64,000 bases of DNA from a virus. Both the position numbers and the translations under genes were made by a program. The stretch is from IMG/VR virus record IMGVR_UViG_3300017527_000160, positions 1 through 64,000 of that record, one strand, 5' to 3'. Shown piece after piece: positions 27,773 to 36,234 of this stretch (position 1 is its first letter; each line of letters starts with the position of its first letter). The notes beneath the pieces were generated by a model. That model was not told where the DNA came from, did not search any database, and saw only the letters and a program-made list of their open reading frames with translations.

Positions 27773-30700
27773 ATGGCAAAGCAGAGACCACAACAAACCA
27801 GCTCAGGTGAGTCCGGGAGTTTCGATAAGAACCTAACGGAAGATATGGATGGGATGCATAAAGCTCCTAATCAATGGACTCAAGCCCGTAATGCTGTAAA
27901 CAATACAATCAAAGGTGATGTAGGTGAACTTAGTAATGAGGCATCTAACTACTTATGTACCGTTGCTCCGTACACCATCATAGGGAACATACACATAGGT
28001 GGTGATGAGTGGGCTGTCTATTCAACAGATGATACCAACTCAGAGATAGGAATCTTTAAAGAGGATTCATGTACATACATTACCGTAGTTAACGATCCGT
28101 GTTTAAATTTCGATAGGGAGAATCTAATTAAAGGTGTTGGTCGTACAGCTCACAACTGTGGGCGTAGAGTATACTGGGACGACGGAGCAAATCCTACAAG
28201 AGTCCTAGATCTTGATGATGTGCCATGGGTGCAAGAATGTGAAGTTGTTGATTCATGTAACATATGTGAAGACACAGATGTTCTTGATTGTGATAAAATA
28301 AGGTTAGCTCCTATCTACAACGATCTTGCTTTCCACACACAACGTGGTAATTCTTCTGGTCAATTATTGAATGGTTCTTATTATGTGGTTGGAGCATATT
28401 TAATTGAGGGTGTGAGGGTCACTGACTTCTCGTTACCTTCTAACATCACTCCGCTCTTTACTCATCAGAATCTTTCTTCTTCATTGGACATTATTGTGAG
28501 TGAGGCGGATCAAGAGTTTGATGAATTTGAATTAGCGCTTGTACAAGTGGCTAACTTTAATACTGTAGTGGTATCATTAGGTGTATACTCTACTAGACAG
28601 AAGCTTATAACATTAGACACTCTGGATCAGAAGCTACCTGCTTTAGAAGGAGGCGTAGCTACAATCCTACAAAATAATAACATTGTTGATCGTTCAGATG
28701 CTGTATTTAGAAATGGGCCCTATTTAATACGTACGGGTGCAACTGATAAGCTTGACTTCAACTACCAACCATTAGCAAATCAGATTACTACTAAGTGGGC
28801 TTCTGTTGAATATGATGCCGAGTATTATAGAAACGCTGGTACTAATACTGGATACATGAGAGATGAGGTTTATCCTTATTTCATACGTTGGAAGTATAAC
28901 ACTGGTGATAAGAGTAACTCGTATCATATACCAGGACGAATAGGAACTCCTCAAGAGATGGGCCCTGTTGCTGGACAAGATGTATTACCTGATGATAACG
29001 GACTAACTGCTGGTACTCCGGTGCAATACTGGCAAGTATATAACACGGCAACTATTGATCCTTTACCTGCGCCTGGAACTGAAGAGATACTTCCTGATGG
29101 AGGAAAGGTTATCGCAACTGGTGATATGGCGTTCTGGGAATCGAGCGAGATATACGATGATGATAATCCTGACATGTGGAATGCGGGGACTGGTAACTTA
29201 GCGCACGACCTTTGTGGTAAGAGAATAAGACATCATAAGTTTCCCGATAATGCTACTGATACTTCAGCAGCAATGGTCACGAATCATTACGATCCTGCTA
29301 ACGGTGAGACTATCCGAATCATGGGTGTTCAGTTTGATAATATTCAAGCACCTGTAGATAACGATGGTAACCCTCTGACTAATATCGTAGGGTATGAGAT
29401 CTTGAGAGGATCTCGTGAAGGGAACAAGACTGTTCTTGCTAAAGGGATGATTAATAACATGCGTTCATATACGACTGTTGATAATCTGAATCAACCTCAA
29501 GACACTAAAGAATTTTTATATCCTAACTACCCTTTTAATCCTACGGCACCTGCTCCTAATAACTGGGAGATAAGTCAGACATATCCTGGAGTTGTTGTTG
29601 ATCACTTCTTGTCAAGTCAAGGTACAGAATATGATGGACCCAATCTTCTTCAAGGAGCTACGGATGCTCTAAATAATAGTAATGCTTATTTAAAAAACGA
29701 TATACCTATTGGTGTACCTTTCCTTGGACACTATCCCGCTTTAAGTAATATCAAAAAAGATATTGTAACATTCCATTCTCCTGAGACTAACTTTAGAGAT
29801 CCTTTCTTATCTGCTAAAGAAATGAAAATTTATGGTGAGTTACACGGAACAATGCAGGGTAACTTTGAATTTCCAAAGGATCACCCGCGTCATAAGTTTA
29901 TTACGAATACTTCATTTGTATTGAGTGCTATTCTAGGAATCGGTTACGCTTTGATTGCAACTGAGGGTGAGAAGAGTACTAGTTATAATGCACCAACTAT
30001 TGATTTCGGTGGGACATACACTCAAGTAGGTGTATCAACTGGTAGTACTGGTTTGATTGGACCATCCGCTGCATCTGCTGCAGCAATGACCGCTGCTGTA
30101 AGTGCTGCAGCTGGTTCTAATATTATCGCTAACGCTGCTCTGAATCAAAGTATGTTAAGTTTGCTGATGTCTGTCGGTGGTATAGATCCTAACACAGCTA
30201 GAGATAAAGCTTTAGAAACCGCAGGAGCTGTGGCTGGTGGTGTAGGTGGTGCAGGTAGCACAACTAATTACAACCGTGTGTCTTCACCATGGAGTTCTAC
30301 ACCTGATTTACTTAGGATATTACAAGGTGTGCCTAGTTTCTTATCTTACTGGGGAGAGGGTATTAACAAGATGTTGAATATCATATATGCATTCACTCCA
30401 TATAGACAATATGCTTTACAACAAGTATCGCATTCTTTCTATGATGAATTTGCTAGACCGGACTTAGGACACATACGAAGAGAGATTACTAATCAGCAGT
30501 ATGTTAATCCTGAGATGCAAGACTTTGCACGGGACTACAAGATAAATAATATTTACAGATCTCGAACAGTAGCTGTAAAACTCGGTGAGGACCTATCCCT
30601 ACCGTATAAAAGAGTAGATGATTCCCAAGCACTATTTTCAGATGTATGGGACAGAGACTTAGACTCTATTGTTTGGGGAAAAGAAGAGAGTATAAACAAA

Positions 30701-33469
30701 ACTTTTGAAAGACCTACCTCATCACACTATGTGGCAATGAAGCAACGTATTGATAATCAGTACGGACAGATAGCAAGCATCATGCAGGTACCCGTATCGC
30801 AGGATTCAACACCTATTACGCAAACCAAGTCTAACGTGATGTTTAACGGTGATACTTATATCGGTAGGTATACTGAAAAGAATACAATGTTCTTCTTCTA
30901 TGATTGGCTTAAGGGTCAGCTAGATGGAGCGACGTATGACTATAAGTTACGTAAGATGATTACGCATCCTCGATTCTGGATGGATACAGATCCGTTTGAT
31001 ATTGGAGAGTTCGTTAGAAGTTTAGGTAGTATATTTGCAAGCCAAACAGGAGCACCTGCAGGGTTTGATCCTTTCATGCTCGATCCTGTTGCTGTAGCTT
31101 TAGTTACACCAGGTTCTCCTACATTCACACCTGGTGCACCAACACCTGTTTGTAATTGTATTACAAGAACTGATTGTCTTCTTGAGCAATCACCTTATAA
31201 TGCAGCTAATGATTTAGATGATATATGCTCATTGGAAGCAGAGGTTTACCAACTTGACTTATATGCTAACTTCTTAAATGATTGTGCTTGTTACAATGAT
31301 CATACTGCTGATGGATGTAATGAAGATAATGATCAACCGAATCCTACAATTGCTTCTGAAGAATATAACGGATATCTTAATCCTCCTATAGCAGCAGGTG
31401 TACCAGATCCTAACGGAGGTGTCGGACCAGCAGGTGGTTGTGATGGTCAATACCAACCATACAATAGTATTACAAATAACTGTTCTATATGCCCTACTTG
31501 GAATAATCCTGATGGATTATTTGATGATGATGGACCTAGTGGGAAATGGAAAAGAAAGATTAATAGAGTTAATAGAAAGCTTTCTAAAGCTCAAAAGAAA
31601 CTTGAAAAGAAGAAAGGTAAACTTTACGATAAATACTTAGATGGATTAGATGGTGATCAAGGTGGTTTCTTATCAGATCTTACAGCTGGTATTCAAACAC
31701 CCTCTGATAAGTTTGCATTCGATATGAAGAAGCCTGGTAGATTCAGACTTGCTGTGAAAGAAGCTTACATGTATCTATTCAATTCAGGTGTACGTGACTT
31801 CTTTGTAGAAACAGAAGTTAATATTGACTACAGAGACTGGGGTGATAAAGAAGAAGAACGTCATTATGATTACCGTGAGAACACTACTTTAAGAAACATC
31901 TTCAGTACAGATCATATCAAGAGCGGTAACTTCTACCTATATGATTATAGTTTAAGTATTGGAAAGATCTACCACAACTATGTTAGTTGGGGTAATGTTC
32001 AAGCCAGAGACTATAAGCCAGCTCTTGCTGAGAGTTGTTTCACATACCGTCCGAAGAGAATGCTTTATTCTTTACAACAAGGACTGGAAAACAAGAAGGA
32101 TAACTGGCGTGTATTCTTACCGTTGAATTATAAAGACTTTACGAGTAGACCAATAGCAGTTAAACCTATTGGAAAGAACGGTGCATTAATTCTGTTCGAT
32201 ACAGAAAGCCCGGTGATGATCCAAGGGTCTGAACAGATAGATCTTAATAGTGGTACCAAACTTACGATAGGTGACGGTGCACTGTTTGATCAAGCGTTAC
32301 AGAACTTGGCGAATGCTGAATATCCTCATGAGTACGGTTCGTGTCAAAACAGATTGGCCATAGCTAATACTCCTGTCGGGATGTATTACATGAGTCAGAA
32401 CCAAGGGAAGATATTCCAGATCGGTCAACAGCTTAAAGAGATTTCAAATCAAGGAATGAAGTGGTGGTTTGCTAAATACTTACCGTACCAGTTGACACAA
32501 CATCCGACAGCGTTTAGAGATGTTAATGGTGACAACCGTGTATTCACTCTGAATGATAACCCAGTGGTCGGGATCGGCTGTCAAGTTATATTTGATAATG
32601 AGAATCAGATTGTATTCTTCTGTAAGAAGGATTGGATTATCCGTGACGATACTGGAGTAGATCTTGTATGGATTGAAGGTAAGATGTTTGATGTGTGTTC
32701 TGATGGGGTTCCGTTAGGACTACAGGTGGAACTTGGAGATCCTGATTATTTCAAACCTGCCTCTTGGACAGCGTCGTATGACCCTAAGTCTGGTGGATGG
32801 ATTGGATATCATGATTGGCATCCTGATCTAGTATTACCTTCTAAGAAAACTTTTATGACTACCAAGGCTGATGGTCTTTGGGTTCATGCTGACAGATGTG
32901 ATAGTTATTGTAATTTCTACGGTGTTGATTATCCGTTTGAGATTGAGTATGCTCTTCACACTCAAAGTCAAGTTAACACATTACGTAACGTTATGTACAT
33001 GATGGAAGTATATGTGTATGATGAAAATTGTGACGATAGGTTCCATGTACTTGACTTTAACTTCGATGAAGCTGTGGTTTATAACTCTGAACAGTGTTCA
33101 GGATTATTGAAACTGAACTTGACTCCTAAGAATAACGCTCCTGAACTAGTGACTTATCCTAGAATCAACTTTGCTAACATAGATATACTGTACGCTAAGG
33201 AAGAACATAAATATAGATTTAATCAGTTTTGGGATATAACTGATGACCGTGGTGAGTTTAGTACGGTAGAAAGAGTTATATTTAACACCGAAGCAAACGG
33301 GTACATCAAAGTTCTTAACCCTAACAACTTGGATTACAACAAGAGTCAGATAGAGAGAAAGAAGTTCCGTCACTATAAAAACACTGTGCTGTTGCGAAGA
33401 CTAGTATCTGGTAATAAGAATATGGTTGTAGCACTCGCAGTACAAATGAACTTAAATTCACCAAGATAA
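27773..33469 (+). CDS. Tail stabilization/muzzle protein (P22 gp10-like, beta-propeller-rich)
   Basis: 1898 aa; MRDEVYPY.I, IRHHKFP, GYEILRG, GDTYIGRY, GSCQNR and WIGYHDWHPD motifs typical of crAss-like stabilization proteins. Confidence 0.75.
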   Translation: MAKQRPQQTSSGESGSFDKNLTEDMDGMHKAPNQWTQARNAVNNTIKGDVGELSNEASNYLCTVAPYTIIGNIHIGGDEWAVYSTDDTNSEIGIFKEDSCTYITVVNDPCLNFDRENLIKGVGRTAHNCGRRVYWDDGANPTRVLDLDDVPWVQECEVVDSCNICEDTDVLDCDKIRLAPIYNDLAFHTQRGNSSGQLLNGSYYVVGAYLIEGVRVTDFSLPSNITPLFTHQNLSSSLDIIVSEADQEFDEFELALVQVANFNTVVVSLGVYSTRQKLITLDTLDQKLPALEGGVATILQNNNIVDRSDAVFRNGPYLIRTGATDKLDFNYQPLANQITTKWASVEYDAEYYRNAGTNTGYMRDEVYPYFIRWKYNTGDKSNSYHIPGRIGTPQEMGPVAGQDVLPDDNGLTAGTPVQYWQVYNTATIDPLPAPGTEEILPDGGKVIATGDMAFWESSEIYDDDNPDMWNAGTGNLAHDLCGKRIRHHKFPDNATDTSAAMVTNHYDPANGETIRIMGVQFDNIQAPVDNDGNPLTNIVGYEILRGSREGNKTVLAKGMINNMRSYTTVDNLNQPQDTKEFLYPNYPFNPTAPAPNNWEISQTYPGVVVDHFLSSQGTEYDGPNLLQGATDALNNSNAYLKNDIPIGVPFLGHYPALSNIKKDIVTFHSPETNFRDPFLSAKEMKIYGELHGTMQGNFEFPKDHPRHKFITNTSFVLSAILGIGYALIATEGEKSTSYNAPTIDFGGTYTQVGVSTGSTGLIGPSAASAAAMTAAVSAAAGSNIIANAALNQSMLSLLMSVGGIDPNTARDKALETAGAVAGGVGGAGSTTNYNRVSSPWSSTPDLLRILQGVPSFLSYWGEGINKMLNIIYAFTPYRQYALQQVSHSFYDEFARPDLGHIRREITNQQYVNPEMQDFARDYKINNIYRSRTVAVKLGEDLSLPYKRVDDSQALFSDVWDRDLDSIVWGKEESINKTFERPTSSHYVAMKQRIDNQYGQIASIMQVPVSQDSTPITQTKSNVMFNGDTYIGRYTEKNTMFFFYDWLKGQLDGATYDYKLRKMITHPRFWMDTDPFDIGEFVRSLGSIFASQTGAPAGFDPFMLDPVAVALVTPGSPTFTPGAPTPVCNCITRTDCLLEQSPYNAANDLDDICSLEAEVYQLDLYANFLNDCACYNDHTADGCNEDNDQPNPTIASEEYNGYLNPPIAAGVPDPNGGVGPAGGCDGQYQPYNSITNNCSICPTWNNPDGLFDDDGPSGKWKRKINRVNRKLSKAQKKLEKKKGKLYDKYLDGLDGDQGGFLSDLTAGIQTPSDKFAFDMKKPGRFRLAVKEAYMYLFNSGVRDFFVETEVNIDYRDWGDKEEERHYDYRENTTLRNIFSTDHIKSGNFYLYDYSLSIGKIYHNYVSWGNVQARDYKPALAESCFTYRPKRMLYSLQQGLENKKDNWRVFLPLNYKDFTSRPIAVKPIGKNGALILFDTESPVMIQGSEQIDLNSGTKLTIGDGALFDQALQNLANAEYPHEYGSCQNRLAIANTPVGMYYMSQNQGKIFQIGQQLKEISNQGMKWWFAKYLPYQLTQHPTAFRDVNGDNRVFTLNDNPVVGIGCQVIFDNENQIVFFCKKDWIIRDDTGVDLVWIEGKMFDVCSDGVPLGLQVELGDPDYFKPASWTASYDPKSGGWIGYHDWHPDLVLPSKKTFMTTKADGLWVHADRCDSYCNFYGVDYPFEIEYALHTQSQVNTLRNVMYMMEVYVYDENCDDRFHVLDFNFDEAVVYNSEQCSGLLKLNLTPKNNAPELVTYPRINFANIDILYAKEEHKYRFNQFWDITDDRGEFSTVERVIFNTEANGYIKVLNPNNLDYNKSQIERKKFRHYKNTVLLRRLVSGNKNMVVALAVQMNLNSPR

Positions 33470-36171
33470 TGAGCTTAAACAGATCTCAGCTACACCAAGA
33501 TAAGAAGAAGACGGCAGCTCCGTCCTACCAAAAGAAGAACCCGAATGTAAAAAGCTTGGAGATAGAACTTGATCAAGATGCTATTGACTACTATAGGTCT
33601 CAGGGTTACACTGTTGAATACATAGACGGTGGTGACGTACCTGAGTTTGAAGAGGGTGGTATTATATCTGACCACGGATGGGAGTATAAGCAGGAAGGCG
33701 ATAATATTTTAACTAAGCAAACGGATTCACCTGATTGGATTACGGCTACGGGTGATGCTAAAAAAGCAATACAGGATAAACATTTCGCTAAACCAGCGCC
33801 ACCAGCAGCTATTGAGACAGGACATACTCAGCTTGATAGGAATGAAAGAGCGGCATCTGGGGAAGGGATTAGATTTTTACAACAAGGTTTAGCTGATAAT
33901 GATTACTACTTAGGGCCCAAAGGGGTTGATGGCTTTGATGGTGACTTTACTCAAGAAGCTTTAAGGGCACAACAAAATGGGATCTCAGCAGAAGACTATA
34001 ACAAAAGATTTTCTTCCCAAGAATTAAGCAGTCTTCCTGGAGTTAATGTGCCGTCATCAGTTGTGGAAAATGCACAAGGTAATAACCGACCAGTATCTTC
34101 CAGACTTTCAGCTGCTGCAGAAACATCTATACAGGAGAACGAAACTCCTAATTCAAATGCTGTACAAGTAGATAAAGAAAAAGGATGGTCAGCACCGAAA
34201 GCAGAAGAATATACTTATTCACCTATAGTTGATTTAGGGGATGAAGTTTATCAGCATGTTGATGATTTTATATATGACACAGATGATCTTCAACCGTTTA
34301 GTGATGTACAAGAAAGCTTTAAGCAGGTTCATGTAGAGTCCGATCATTCATGTCTTAAAGGAGCTTTAAATTGCAATGCTCAATTTGTATCTCAGAAAAC
34401 AGGTGCACAATCAGTCAGAGGATTGATGACACAGCTTGAACGAGCTGATCAAACTAGATACAGTATACCTAGTAGAGATGCTCATGGTGACTCCGATTTT
34501 AAGCATAGTCCTGGATACGACGCTTGGGAGATCAGTGATGCTTTGGTTGGTGAAGGATTAGCTACAGACATGTGGAGAATAGAACCGGGTTCAGATGAAT
34601 CTGGTGGTGAAGGTAAAGAATGGAAAGTACCGAAAGACTTAGATGAGAATTATATCAAAGCTGGTAAAATACCTTTAGGTGCTATGGTTATGCAGGGTGA
34701 GGCTAATAGAGATTCACATAGATTAAATGATGAACAAGGGATGTATACTCCTAAAGAATATGGTGGAAAAAGTAGCCATGCTTCAGGTGTTGTAGGATTC
34801 GCAAAAGATGGTGTCCCTTTGATATATGACTACGGAAAACTTAGACGAATAGATGATCCGCTGCTGGCAATCAATCGTATTGTCATCCCTAAAGGATATG
34901 AGAACTATACTTACGGCAACCTTCAAAAAGGTAAGAAAGCTCGTCTGGATAACTTAGGTTATAAAAAGGAAGATAACGATAGTAAATTCGTTGTGGATAA
35001 AGATCTCAAACCTTATGTGAATAATATCAGAAGAGGTACACATAAGAACAAGGTTAAGATAGGTTCTGACTATAACATCAAGTCTGATGTTATGGATAAA
35101 CTTGCAGATAGAGTTATCGGAATTTCAGGAAGAGAAACTAATTTTGGTAATCATGGTAAGGAATCTATTTCAGCACCACGACGAGCTCTTATTGAACTTG
35201 AAAGTGATTGGACAAGTAATACATTTAAACCTGCATATAAAACTATACAGGAGATAGGTGTTGATGAAAAGAAAGGTAAGGCTGATTGGGAGATTGAAAT
35301 AATGGCTAATGAAGCTCTTGGCTTAGGTGAGACATACAATCATGATAAGATAGAACACAGGAATGCGTTCAAAGAAAAATATAAAGAACTTAGAGCGAAA
35401 CATCCTCGATCCACTGGTAAAGATAAGGATGTAATGAACTCTTCTGTAGGGCCATTCGCTCTCAAGAACTTATCTAAGTATGCTCAAGATGAACTTGGTT
35501 TAGATAAGAATACAATGTACGGCATGAGCATTGATGATAAAGATGAGTTTGAAAGAGGAGCTCAAGGTTCTTTAGTTCACTTGGTAGAAGATTATGTGAA
35601 CTTAAGATCAAAATACCCTAGGGATGAATACACTGATGATCAGATCATTGACTTAGCTACCATTGCTTATAACAATAAAGGGAAAGCTTATAGTGAGGAG
35701 TTTGCTGAATATTTCATCAAGAATAAACAGTCAGGTAGACAAGATAATTACTTGGAAGATGTAAAGAAGTTAGAGCATAAATATGGTTATAATAGTGCGA
35801 GGAAAAAGCAATACGATATAGATCAAAGGGCAGCTAAATCTGCAGCTTGGGCCCAAGAACATGAGGGTGTTATAGCACCTGAAAGAACTCAAGAAGAACA
35901 GGCCGGATATGATGCACGATCTCAAAGAGCTTCCGATACAGTACCTGAAATACGGGCTGAATCTACTGGCATGAATCAACCTGCCGCTAACTATTATCCT
36001 AATATTCAACTGAACGCTCCTGGTCAAGGTAGAACCAGTGTTAAGGCAGCTGCTGCACCAAGATCAAGAAGTACTCCTAAAACACCACCAAACCTTCATC
36101 GTAGGAATTTTAGAAAAGATGGTGGGGAAGCTAAAGACTTTCTGAAGGACTACGTTTTAAGAAACTTGTAA
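33469..36171 (+). CDS. Virion-associated peptidoglycan hydrolase (PG-binding, CHAP/NlpC-like and lysozyme-like regions)
   Basis: LQQGL..GVDGFDGDFTQEAL (PG-binding); C..DAWE..HASG (Cys/His peptidase-like); GRETNFG..SVGPF..AYN..Y (lysozyme/transglycosylase-like). Confidence 0.6.
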   Translation: MSLNRSQLHQDKKKTAAPSYQKKNPNVKSLEIELDQDAIDYYRSQGYTVEYIDGGDVPEFEEGGIISDHGWEYKQEGDNILTKQTDSPDWITATGDAKKAIQDKHFAKPAPPAAIETGHTQLDRNERAASGEGIRFLQQGLADNDYYLGPKGVDGFDGDFTQEALRAQQNGISAEDYNKRFSSQELSSLPGVNVPSSVVENAQGNNRPVSSRLSAAAETSIQENETPNSNAVQVDKEKGWSAPKAEEYTYSPIVDLGDEVYQHVDDFIYDTDDLQPFSDVQESFKQVHVESDHSCLKGALNCNAQFVSQKTGAQSVRGLMTQLERADQTRYSIPSRDAHGDSDFKHSPGYDAWEISDALVGEGLATDMWRIEPGSDESGGEGKEWKVPKDLDENYIKAGKIPLGAMVMQGEANRDSHRLNDEQGMYTPKEYGGKSSHASGVVGFAKDGVPLIYDYGKLRRIDDPLLAINRIVIPKGYENYTYGNLQKGKKARLDNLGYKKEDNDSKFVVDKDLKPYVNNIRRGTHKNKVKIGSDYNIKSDVMDKLADRVIGISGRETNFGNHGKESISAPRRALIELESDWTSNTFKPAYKTIQEIGVDEKKGKADWEIEIMANEALGLGETYNHDKIEHRNAFKEKYKELRAKHPRSTGKDKDVMNSSVGPFALKNLSKYAQDELGLDKNTMYGMSIDDKDEFERGAQGSLVHLVEDYVNLRSKYPRDEYTDDQIIDLATIAYNNKGKAYSEEFAEYFIKNKQSGRQDNYLEDVKKLEHKYGYNSARKKQYDIDQRAAKSAAWAQEHEGVIAPERTQEEQAGYDARSQRASDTVPEIRAESTGMNQPAANYYPNIQLNAPGQGRTSVKAAAAPRSRSTPKTPPNLHRRNFRKDGGEAKDFLKDYVLRNL

Positions 36172-36176
36172 CCGGA

Positions 36177-36222
36177 TAAACCTCGTATATTTGACGGTTA
36201 TGTCGGAGAAATTTCTTATATT
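36177..36222 (+). promoter_or_regulatory. Putative promoter region of cargo genes
   Basis: TAAAC-N7-ATTTG dyad, TATATTTG at 36186-36193, and GTCGGAGAAATT..TATATT ending at 36222. Confidence 0.5.
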
Positions 36223-36234
36223 TAATATAATAGC

